From assembly GCA_012295275.1 (NCBI GenBank), contig CM022668.1, forward strand, positions 9,052,001 to 9,116,000: a stretch of DNA of 64,000 nucleotides. Reading direction: 5' to 3'. This DNA is from Chrysomallon squamiferum. Its lineage: Eukaryota > Animalia > Mollusca. Position numbers and translations under genes: made by a program. The notes beneath the pieces were generated by a model. That model saw nothing but the letters and a program-made list of their open reading frames with translations, was not told where the DNA came from and searched no databases. Positions 1 through 12,505 of the stretch are shown here, in pieces (positions within the stretch are counted from its first letter, which is position 1; each line of letters starts with the position of its first letter).

Positions 1-467
1 ATATAAATTCCCGTTCCAACCAATGCCACGTCTTGATTTCCTTATCAAAGGATGTAGTGGTTTTTGTTTTGCTGTTTATGTGAAGGTGCAAATAAAATAA
101 TCTTTTTGCTGCTAGAAAAATTCTAAGTTTGTTGATATTTTATTCCATTCCAAACTTTGCTCCTGAAATTGGTTTATCACAGGCTGTGCTTTGTCACTGA
201 GATAGTTTCCTCTAAAAGATTATTGCTAAAAATCAGTAATACGTCCTGTAAAATAGTAAAAGAATGTTTTGTTTCTTGTATCCTTTGTCTGTCTGTCTGT
301 CTGTCTGTGTGTGACAATCATTAAAAGTTAATGTTGTTTTTAGAACTTGGTATTCTAATATACTGACATATTTAGTTTTATATGTTGAAACAAAATTTCT
401 GATTTTTAAAAAGTCTTTTTACAGTTGTATATAAATATTTATATGTTTTAATAATTTTATTTTGTAG

Positions 468-503
468 GAGAGATATGGAGTAAATGCAGTTGAACTGAGA
501 TCA
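468..503 (+). CDS. MPP6: Penultimate 36-nt coding exon of a MAGUK p55-family gene (ERYGVNAVELRS)
   Basis: The acceptor ttttattttgtag ends at 467 and the donor gtaagt starts at 504. The exon is phase 0/0 and joins in frame to the exon at 983. Confidence 0.65.
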
Positions 504-982
504 GTAAGTAAAACATTTATGCTTGATAAATACTTTTAATATTTGTAGTGCCATTACAAGATAATATTAACATTCATCTAAACATCTGGTTTCTTAAAGG
601 GATACTTTTGGTGATACAAAGAAATTTATTCTGAATTTATTCTGAATTTATTCTGAATACTTCGAAATTAGGTTTCATTTTGTCTTTTCCACCCAGTCTT
701 AACTAATAACAAAGTTCAAAAACAAAGGAATAAGGTTTAAAAACATGGGTACTTGCTTTTTTTTTTTTTTTTTTTTGTGGTCATGAAGTCATACATAAGG
801 ATTTGAATTTTTGTTTTTTTTTTTTTTTCTAAAGTTTTTTTCTATTATGAAGTAAAAAAAAAAAACAATATATGTAGATGTAGCTCTCACTTCTCCACAC
901 ATAGAGGATGACATCACAAGTCCAGTGGTAAAGATGATGTGAGATGTATTTATTCATTTTATTTCGTTGTCTGCTTATTCAG

Positions 983-1159
983 GAAGAAGATTTTATTCGC
1001 ACCGTGGAGGAGAGTGCGGAGATAGAGAAGATTTACAAGAGCTACTTCGATGAGACGATAGTGAACGATTCATTCATCGAAACTTACCACTTGCTGCGGA
1101 AAGCTGTCAGAGAACTGACGTCGGAGGAGCAGTGGGTTCCTGTCACCATGGTGTACTAG
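983..1159 (+). CDS. MPP6: Terminal coding exon of a MAGUK p55-subfamily protein (MPP2/MPP6/varicose-like), end of the guanylate-kinase-like domain
   Basis: Acceptor ctgcttattcag. The translation EEDFIRTVEESAEIEKIYKSYFDETIVNDSFIETYHLLRKAVRELTSEEQWVPVTMVY* follows the MPP2/MPP6 C-terminal pattern (..TVEES..I...Y..YFD..IVND......QWVPxxWVY*). MPP2 and MPP6 cannot be told apart from this fragment. Confidence 0.88.
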   Translation, partial: EEDFIRTVEESAEIEKIYKSYFDETIVNDSFIETYHLLRKAVRELTSEEQWVPVTMVY

Positions 1160-2365
1160 ACACTCAGTCTGAATAGAGTTCATGACAAACCAGTTATGAC
1201 GATTCAGACTAGATATTTTTTGAACCAACCAGTCTGACTAGATCATTTATATTATCCGTTCTGAACATGGTGGGGTTTTTGTATTACTCAGTCTTAATAG
1301 AGCATTAGCATGATCCAGTCTGAATAGATTTTGTTTTGTTTATTGCTCTGGTCTGAACAGAGTTTTTAAATTTTCTGATTAATTTTTTTTTCTCTTCTGT
1401 TATTTTGTTTTACCAGTTAAAATATATAAATAAGCTTGTAATAATTTGTTTTTTAATTTAATTAATTATTATTAATATATATATTTTTTTATATAATGAA
1501 AATAGAATACTGATTGTCTGAGGCTTTTTTTTATGATCAAATATAATTTAAAAATATATATATATATTTTACAGATTGTTTATCAAAATAATTTTTCTTG
1601 GCATGTTCTGTGGGTTTTAAAGACTGTATGCAATTTATAAAAATCTTTATATTTATACTGGCTTGTTTTGTAGCTGACATCTGTAAATTTTGAAATATAA
1701 AACTATTTATCTTTTCATATTAGCTGTTTGTCAAAGTTTGACTTATCCAGTATTTGTAGAAATATTATATATATAACCTCTTGAAAATATCACAAGTTAA
1801 AATATATATATAGACACAGGATTAGCATGGCAAAGTGAAAAAACAGAAATAAAAAAATTAGCCTGTGTGTCCCATTTTAGATTTCACAATTTCTAGGGCT
1901 GATTTAAAATCATTAAAAAATGGACTAGCCATTTTTCCAAGTAAATGATCTTTTTAAATACAGCAGTTATATGTTATAGAAGATAGTCCCATTTTGATTG
2001 TTAATAGTTACCAAATAATTACCAAAAAAAAAAACCAATAATAAAAATGTATTCAATTTGAAAAGTTTGAACTGTAACAAAACATTGTAGCAATGAAATG
2101 ATATTTTTTTATCGATAAGAAAAAAGTTTTGTTTAGTAAATTTGTGAGCTATACAAAAACAAAGAAAAGGAAAAATAACTCTAAATTATGGTGGTTGTAT
2201 TTTTTCTGTTTTTTTCCTGATATGCCATAACCATTGGAAGGTTTATTAAATGTTTTTGGAATCATACAAATATTGTTTAAAAAATTTAAAGAAAGTTTAA
2301 AATTTGTTGATATGAATGTACTGTATGTTTTTATTTTATTTTTATTATTATTACTGATATCAGTA

Positions 2366-2410
<45 letters not shown>

Positions 2411-2416
2411 TACTAC

Positions 2417-2452
<36 letters not shown>

Positions 2453-5178
2453 TCCTACTACTACTAATTCTTCTTATTATTATTACTAATATTTTTAAAC
2501 CCGGCATTAATTCATTTAATTGTGATCAAATTTCAGTATTTGCCTTATTGAATATGCAGAATCAGGGTTGACAAATTGTTTCTTATTAGTTATTTTTAAA
2601 ATGTCATAGTAAATTTTTTTTTTTTTTTTGTCTTGTTAGTGAAATGAGTAATAAAACAATATATGCAAATATTTACAATAAAAATTAAAATATTTTTAAT
2701 AAAATTAGTTTATAACATATGAGCTTGAGTATATGTAGGTATATTTACATGCGTGCGTGCATGTGTGTGTGTGTGTAAAAATAATTGAATAACAGAATAT
2801 CCAAGAGTTGAAAGGTTTTTGCTTTTTGATTATTTGTGTATTTTGAAATAAATATTTTAATAAAAAGTGCATTTAAAAAACATCATAATTAACTAAATAC
2901 TGGAATCCTGTTATGTTACTCTTGTAAACACAAGTTCAAAAAATTCAAAATAAAATGTTTGTTTATGGATTTCTGTTCTATTGAAATCTGTATGGATTAT
3001 CATCATTATATGTTTATTTTTCAGTTCTGTTATTAATAACTGTTTTTACTGTGGAGATTTTAATATTACTGGTGTTGTCAGTTACTGTTAGCATTTTTTG
3101 AAAATTATTATAATTACTATAACTCTTGTGATTATTTTATTACTATGATTATTATTATTATTATTATTATTTTGTTACCAGTATCATTATTATTTTATTA
3201 CTTTATTACTACTACTACTACTACTACTACTGTAACTGGTATCATTGTATTTTGATCATTATCATTTTCATTATTTTTATTATTATTATTATTTTTATTA
3301 TTATTATTAAACTTACACATTCATAATTGAATTTGAAGTACTTGCCAAAAAGTATGCACAATATTGCAGTAACTGGTGCGTGTTAAATTTACACTTAAAC
3401 ATTCTTCTTTCTCATTTTCAGATAAAATGAATTAAATGATTTATTTCACATATCCCAAAACATTTTAATTTAATGTTTAGCATCTTTTAAGAAAGGAAAG
3501 TAAAATTAATTGTGCATGAAATTAAACAGAATTAATTTTAGCCACTAAAAATTTAACATTTTATACACCCAATGTGTTTAATGCTGAACAAATTAATATT
3601 AATTTTGAATAAACTTGAACATATAATTTTATTTAACTTCAAAATTTGGTTGTTTCTTTGGAAATACTGTTTTAAAATGTATCTTTGGGTGAAGAAAACA
3701 ACATTAATGAAGTAAATGATAAGATTTCATATCTTTTTTCAAAAATTATTTGTCGTGTATCTGTTGTTGAAACAAAGCGATACTAATTATTTTCGAGTAA
3801 ATGGGTGACTTTATGTTTAAAAATAGTTTTTAATTTTAATTGTTAAAACTGTGAAATTCACAGACTGTTAAAATATCATTTCAAAGATGTTACTAGGTGT
3901 TGTAAATATTTTTATCTGTTACCTGAGATTTTTAAGACGATGATGTTGAAAATCTCAGTAACGACGTCATGACAGTGTATATTTTTAAACCATACAGTCT
4001 GTAAATTTTGTAATCAAAACTTGGAAATTGTTGTGTATATTTTTGAAAATGTTTTCATATCTATATATTAATCAGTTTTATATTGGAATTTATTTACCTA
4101 TCTCAGCTGATTGCAATACATTTTTAATTATATTTGTTGTAAAAAAAAAAATTAAATGATTTGATAAATTTTCACTGTCGTTGAATGGTATTTGTTTCAT
4201 ATATCTGTACATGACTCAAATTTTTATATAATTGTATACATCAGACATATTTTTAATTATTTTTTTTATTATTTTTTTTTTTTTTTAATGTTTTTATATA
4301 TATATTTTTTTTTTTTATTAGTATTATTAGTATTATCATTTCATTTTCATTGTTTTTATTATTATTATTATTTTATTTTTTTTTAAATTAATTTGTTTTC
4401 ATCATCATTATATGTCATTATACAGTGATAACCATTAATTTTATTTAATATTTAAACTTTATCAACAGACAAGTTGTTATACATGCATATTAAACCATTC
4501 ATTAATAACAACATTTTGTTTCTGTCAAAGAAAATTCATCTCATTTAAAAACCTGTTAAAAATGAGAAAATGTTAGATTTTATTTTGGGTTTTTGTGGTC
4601 ATTTAGATTTTGGTTTCATAGAATAGTTGTAACTTGTTAGTAAATTCCCAACAGATGTACTCAGCATCTTAGTTTTGATTAGTAGTATAGAAAACAGCAT
4701 TCGTACTTATTTAGTATTAAAATATTATTTTCTTTTTATTTTCATTATTTTTTTTTTTTTTTTTAGTTATTATTTGAAATAAAGAAATAAAAATGTTTGT
4801 ATTTGAATCCTAATACACTGAAATGCTATGGTGAATGCTTGATTTTTATTTGAAATAATTGTATTTAAAAATGTATATCTGTATCCATCCATACTAACCT
4901 ACATTCCATGATTGAAATAAACTGTTTCTATTTTAAAACTTGTACATTTGATTATTTTAATAATAATTTACAGGCTTGATTCATCACTTTTTGACTATAT
5001 GCTCAACACATTATTACTATTGATGTTGAATTATATATATTTTTTTTTTCACTAACTATCTTGTATTTAAACAGTAAATGAGAATATATGCAGGATTGTT
5101 ACTTGAAATAAGGTTGCTTTTATTCATAAATAATTTGTATTATTATTTCTAACTTTTATATTTTATTATTATTATTAA

Positions 5179-5272
<94 letters not shown>

Positions 5273-5782
5273 TTATATTTATTTTTTTAAATATTTTTTA
5301 TCATTATAAGATTTTATCCAATATTAATTTTTTGTGTCTTTCACCAATGTACACATAATACTTCAATAGAAAATGTTTTATAAATAAAAACAAAACCAAA
5401 AAAAAAAAAATAGTGTTAATAGTTAACCTAATTTTAAAACAATTTTATTTATTTACTTCTGTGTAACTTACCCCAAATGTTGGGCACAGAAAATTAATAC
5501 GTGCTGAAAGTATCAAATTCGGAGCTGTGGTTGGATTGGTAAAATAGCCACATAAATCAAACGGGACACAAGAGAACCTATTAACTACCACACCTTTTCA
5601 GTGCAGTGAACCGTGCCCACTTACTGTGACAATGTCAGACAAACAGATCAGTCACGGCTGAATGAACAAAGTTGTAGGACATTTGAGACAACAATTTGTA
5701 ACAAAAACAAACATGTTTTTTATTGTCTCAGCTGTGTAGTGCAGGAAACTAATAAACCAGTGTTTTTTCTCATAGCAAGCAA

Positions 5783-6356
5783 GGGAAGATACAATGTAGG
5801 ATATAGGGAATATACAATGGAGGATATAGGGAAAGATACAAGGAATGATATAAGGGAGGATATAAGGGAAGAGACAAGGATATAAGGGAGGATATAGGGG
5901 AAGATACAAGGAAGGATATAGGGGAGGATATAGGGAATGATACAAGGGAGGCTACAGGGGAAGATATCGGAAGATACAAGGGAAGATATAGGGGAAGATA
6001 CAAGGGAAGATATAGGGGTAGATATAAGGAAGGATATAGGGGGAGATAGGGGAAGATATAAGGGAGATATAAGGGAGGATATAGGGGATGTGATACAAGG
6101 GAGGATATAGGGGAAGATATCGGATTCAAGGGAGGATATAGGGGATGTGATACAAGGGAGGATATAGGGGTAGGATTCAAGGGAGGATATAGGGGAAAAT
6201 ACAAGGGAGGATATAGGGGAAGATATAAGGAAGGATATAGGGGAATATACAAGGGAGATATAAGGAAGGATATAAGGGAGGATATAGGGAAGATATAAGG
6301 GAGGATATAGGGAAGATATAAGGAAGGATATAGGGAAGATATAAGGGAGGATACAA
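5783..6356. repeat. Degenerate purine-rich minisatellite, unit about 13 bp (GGGAGGATATAG / GGGAAGATACAA variants)
   Basis: Visible periodicity. It generates the spurious P/I/S/L/Y-rich ORFs at 5652-6382. Confidence 0.9.
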
Positions 6357-6478
6357 CTGTTATTACTACCACAACAACACAATCTGTTTTCTGTTACACT
6401 ACTACTACAGCAACTGCTACTGCTGTTTCACATTAACACTGATATCACTACAAATGCTGCTGCTACAGCTACTCTTCC

Positions 6479-7163
6479 ATTTACAACCGTGACATCACCA
6501 CTACTACATTTAAACTGTGACATCACCACTACTACATTTAAACTGTGACATCACCACTACTACATTTAAACTGTGACATCACCACTACTACATTTAAACT
6601 GTGACATCACCACTACTACATTTAAACTGTGACATCACCACTACTACATTTAAACTGTGACATCACCACTACTACATTTAAACTGTGACATCACCACTAC
6701 TACATTTAAACTGTGACATCACCACTACTACATTTACAACTGTGACATCACCACTACTACATTTAAACTGTGACATCACCACTACTACATTTAAACTGTG
6801 ACATCACCACTACTACATTTAAACTGTGACATCACCACTACTACATTTACAACTGTGACATCACCACTACTACATTTAAACTGTGACATCACCACTACTA
6901 CATTTAAACTGTGACATCACCACTACTACATTTAAACTGTGACATCACCACTACTACATTTAAACTGTGACATCACCACTACTACATTTACAACTGTGAC
7001 ATCACCACTACTACATTTAAACTGTGACATCACCACTACTACATTTAAACTGTGACATCACCACTACTACATTTAAACTGTGACATCACCACTACTACAT
7101 TTAAACTGTGACATCACCACTACTACATTTAAACTGTGACATCACCACTACTACATTTAAACT
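6479..7163. repeat. Near-perfect 28-bp tandem repeat (ACTGTGACATCACCACTACTACATTTAA), about 24 copies, occasional 29-bp variant
   Basis: Period measured directly (6543 to 6571). There are no spacers. Confidence 0.97.
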
Positions 7164-8444
7164 GACCAGAAATTGTTTCAGTATAGTCCACACCACCATT
7201 TATTTTTTATTTATTTATTTATTTATTTATTTACTTTTTCAAGAAATCTTTTTTAATATTTCAGTTGTCTTTATATACTAGTTTGTTTGTTTGTTTGTTT
7301 GTTTGTTTGTTTGTTTATTTATTTATTTGTTTGTTTGTTTATTTATTTAAGTTTTTATTTATTTTTTTGTTTGTTTATTTAAGTTTTACGTCTTTTTTTG
7401 TTTTGTTTTTTTTTTTTTTTCATTATTTTATTTACAAATTTTATTATTTTCCTCTCCTACATACATTTATAGAATTTTCTTTGTTTAAAAAAAATAATAA
7501 TAACAAGATAATAAAAATGTCTACAGATACTATTAAATTCTTCCCCAGGTAGCTTTTCAATTCTTTTTTATGACACTCAGGTAAATTGCAGGTATGAACT
7601 GATATTACACCTGTACAGGTAAACCAAAGGTAAACATCATACCTGATTCTATTCACAGGTAACCTACATTTTCAAAATTTTTACACTTATTAATATCAGC
7701 AAGGACCTAATTTGAAGTGGGGTTTTGCGGTAAGAATAGTTGTTTAGGGCAGTTCTAGAGGGGTACTTCTTTGTGAAAATAAATTAGGAATATTTGAGGG
7801 AGATATATATATATATATATATATGTAAATATGAGGTACTTGATTGACTGGAAAGGGCAGCATGGAATTTCTAATGTAAACCCTGATACAAAGGACACCT
7901 TTTAATATGTTATCTGGTCTCTATAAACAAGTTAAAGTGCAGATAACAAAGTGCTCTTACCGAACTGTGTATACATTCACCCTTTATATAAAGGATACTT
8001 TAATTTATTTTCTTGGTTTTTGTAAGCAGATTAAAGTAAAGATTTAAAAAAAGTATATTATTTTGAACTGTGAATAGCATAACCCTTGATATAAAGGACA
8101 TTTACTTAATGCTTTTTATAAACAGGCTAAAATGTTGCTTTTTTATTTTTTATTTTATTGAATTCTGTATTCCATCTACCTTACTATAAAGGACAATTTA
8201 ATTTACCAGATGTCCTTTATAAGCAAGCCAAAACATAACTGTGTTTGACAAAATGTCTTTTGCTGAAACCTCCATACTACAAAACCCTTCACATAAAGAC
8301 TATTTACATTATGTTTTCTAAAGAGAGGTTGAACTGTATTTAACAGAAAGGGCTTTCAAAGCAGACAGGTAATAATATCATGAAGTTCTAAAACAGATTT
8401 TAAACTCTGATATACTGAACTGAATGGACTGACAGGGATAAGCA

Positions 8445-9092
8445 AACAAGGAAGGAAAAAATATTTTTGTTGTCAACACAATCAGTAAAGTCGTGCTATA
8501 ATACAAGAAAAGAACTGACACATTTTTTTAATTTCAGATGCACAGGGAAGAAGAACAAATATTTGGTTTATTGACAGTTCTAGCATTTTTTTTTCAATCT
8601 CAGACATTTGGTATTTTATAAGGAAACAGTATATGCAAATATTTTTAATAAAATTACTTTATAATAACATATGAGCTTGAGTATATGTAGGTATATTTAC
8701 ATGTGTGTGTTTGTGTGTGTAAAAATGATTTAATAACAGAATATTCAGTCATTTAAAGATGTATTCAGCATAGTTTTAATCTTTTATTTACTAATATATT
8801 CATAAAACACTTTTAAATCAGATGGTTTGTTGTTATTTAATTTATATATATATATATATATATAATGTTTTTTATTTATATATATATATATATATAAATT
8901 AAATAACAAAAGCACTTTTAAAAAAAATCTGCAGATGTATTTACTTGTTGTTATTTAATTTATATATATTTATATATATATATATATATATATATTTAAT
9001 GTTTTTATTATTATTTTATCTTTTTAATGTTTCAGTTGTCATAATATACCAGTTTATTTTTTATTTTATATTTTTTATTTACTTTTTACTTC

Positions 9093-9123
<31 letters not shown>

Positions 9124-9720
9124 AATTTTTTATTTTTTTTTTTTTTTTTATTATTTTATTTACTCAAAATATTTTTTTATTATTTTTTTCTACAATTAAA
9201 TTTTTTCTTTATAGACTCAGCATAATTTTAATTTCAGATATTTGTGTACAAGGAAAGAACTTTTCATTATATAACTAAAGCACTTTTAATCTGCATTCAA
9301 ATTATAAAGAAGATGGGAAAAAAATACAGGTTTTAATTTTAATTTAAAATGGAAAGAACTCAAAAATATTCTTAATGTGCAGTTATATGGTTATATTACA
9401 ATCAAAGAACAAATTCTTTCATTAATGGTAGATTCAACATATTTTTAATTTCAGATTTATGGTACAACACAAGGAAAGAACAAATGTTCCATTTAATATT
9501 GGACTCAAAATATTCTTGATAAGAGATCCAAGAAATAAATCACATGAGTAAATTTTAGATGTGTTTTTCTGTGCATACATAACTGTATGAGTAACACATT
9601 TACTTATATACAGTAATATTTACAATAACATTTACATGATATAACACAAGGAAAAAAACACAAGATTTTCTGTTCAGATCGACTCAGTAAAGTTTTAATC
9701 TGAAGTCATGTGGTTCGTGT
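8445..9720 (+). repeat. Highly degenerate repeat region, unit roughly 60 bp (caaggaaagaac...gactcaacatatttttaatttcagat), possibly derived from a SINE tail
   Basis: aaggaaagaac and ttttaatttcagat motifs recur at about 8450, 8530, 9230, 9250, 9350, 9445 and 9470. The SINE origin is inferred from recalled similarity to gastropod repeats. Confidence 0.5.
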
Positions 9721-11001
9721 GATTAAAGACTTCAAATAATGAAAAAGAAAAAAATCCACTGCTGCCATAGTTTGACTTGGAGTAGAACAGAGTAAGTTAA
9801 TCTAGTACTAAAGTACACTGGACTAGATCAAATAGATTGCAGACATAGTTAGTGACACATCAAATATGTGTTAGGTGTATAGATTGATTGAATGAAGATA
9901 TCAGTAGATTGATTGATTTATCACGTAGGTTAGTTAATCTGTCAAATATATACATATACTTATATATATCACATATATATCTTAAACAGATATGCAGAGT
10001 CATACATACATAGAAGAATACACACGCACATAGTCATATACACACATACACACACTCATACCTACATTTACACATGCAATACATACACTATACAAATACA
10101 TACATACACAGACATATATACATGTATACACACACACACACATATACACACACATATACATATACACACACACATACATACATACATATATATATATACA
10201 GACAACATACATACACAAACTCATAAATACTTATTTTTGAAAATGTTTTTCTTTTTTATATTAGTCAGTTTTATACTGACATTAATTTATCGATTCTCAA
10301 TTAACTGCAATAAATTCTTAATCATATTAAATGAAATAGCACACACAAACACTCACACACACATACACATAAAAACAGCCTACATAATCACACACAAATA
10401 AATGAGAAAAAATCCCCACATAATCACACACAAACAGATCAAACGTTTCCCAGCGTTAATTAATATTTAACAGTCATGTAAGTATTTCAATGCCCAGTGA
10501 GCCTGTACATGACTCTGACAATAAAAATCAGTCAGAATCAAACAATACCCCTTTTTTTCACAAACACCAACCCAAACACAAAACAACAAAGACAGAGAGA
10601 GAGAAAAAAAAAAAAAAGAATCAAAATTAATAAATCCATAACAGTTACTCAAACAACCCCAGATGTTGTTTTTTTTGTTTTCTTTTATTAATAATTTACG
10701 TGACTTTTCTGCCGTTTTTTTACGATTCCAAATCGGTCATCTAATCTCTCACACTCCCCCTGCCCCCCCTCCCCCTCCACCATCACAGTCGTCATGGCGA
10801 GTTAACTGTGACCATTCCAAGCCAATCCACCTGCCAATAACCAGGTAATGATTTAATCTGTGCGCAGGTAGATCTGGAGGTATTTTACCTGAACTCAGGT
10901 GGTGGGCTCAGAAATCATAACTCAGGTGTTTTTGTTTAAGGATACTGTGTTGCACTGAACAGATCTGTCTGTTGAGTGGTTTGGGTTTTAAAAAAAATAA
11001 A

Positions 11002-11035
<34 letters not shown>

Positions 11036-12472
11036 TCTAGGTGAGGTAGGGAACTGCAGCTGTGATAAAGAGAGATAAAGATTTTTTTTTTTTCATTTAC
11101 CTGGTTACTTCTGCTGGTATATGTAAAATACTGTGAGTAGATTTTTAATGCACATGTTATATATATGTTATATTGTACTAGTGCTACAATTATTATTGTA
11201 TAATAATTATTATATAAAATATTATTATTATTACTATGTTATATGTTAAATTATATAATATCGTTTTAATTTTTAAATGGTTTTAGTTGTTTGTTTTTTT
11301 AGATTGTATTTTTTTAAAACTTTTTATCTATCTATCTATATATATATATGTATATATATTTATTTATTTATAAAAATGATATTATATAATGTGAATATAA
11401 TATATTAATAATTTAAATATAATACATTAATGTTTGTGATATCATTATTTATAGTATCACATTTATATGTTGTATTTGTTTAGTACTATTATAATATCTT
11501 ATATTGTTTTCTATTATATAGCACTATATTGTAAAATACTCTGTTTACATTATATTCTACAACTGCATGATTTTGCAGGCATATAAAATTTATTTTTCAA
11601 GTATTTCTATTAGAAATGTGATTTAAATATAACAAGCAATATGTTAATAACTATAACACCAGAATCAGACAAAATATTGTTATTTAATACTACTGTTACT
11701 CCTCTGTAACTAATAATAATTACTACACAACTACTTCAACTACTACTGCCACTACTTCAACTACTACTACCACTATTACTGTTAATATCACTCAACCATT
11801 ATAATTACTATTAATGTATTTATTTATTTTTTTTTTATTAGTTCTTAAAAATTATCATACTTTTTATTATTATTATTCATTTATTATTATTATGATTATG
11901 ATTATTATTATTATTATTAATTATTATTATTATTAAACAAAATGATCACATTATTATACAAGCAAATATTTTTTTATATACAATTTATAAAACATTTACA
12001 ATTCACATAACAATACTTGAATGTTTTCTACAACAAAAACACCTGAAGCTACAATTTAAAATTAAAAAAAAAAAATCAATAAACAATCCCATTTAATAAA
12101 TAATTTGTTATCTATTGTAGTCAGAACAGTTATTAACCTCTTCACAGTCCATTGATCAGACACAAATAATTTCTTTAGCCTGTGTAGCGTGTTAAATAAA
12201 GTAACAACTGAACCATGTACTCATTAGTTATCTATCCACACACACACACACACACACATATATAAACAAACACAAACATATAAACAAAAGCATACATATA
12301 CAAATGGATATACATATGTATAAACATTTACTGTTACTAATTACTACTACTACTTCTATTAGTATAGTTACTACTACTACTGCTACTACAATTGCTACTA
12401 CTTTTGCTGCCACTACTACTGCTTTTCCACTACTACTTCTACTATTACTACTACTACTGCTACTTTTACTGT

Positions 12473-12505
<33 letters not shown>

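Noticed and set aside
1166-1210. SECIS element in the MPP 3'UTR
   Set aside because: ATGA is followed almost at once by the AAA loop, so the required helix II of about 11-13 bp is missing. No in-frame TGA is visible.
5613-6382. ORFs of 90-220 aa over the purine-rich repeat
   Set aside because: They are open in several frames on both strands only because of the repeat, and have no splice signals or recognisable domain.
6479-7163. 28-bp repeat array as a CRISPR array
   Set aside because: The units are contiguous with no unique spacers, there are no cas genes, and the context is eukaryotic. The same applies to the 43-, 46- and 40-bp arrays.
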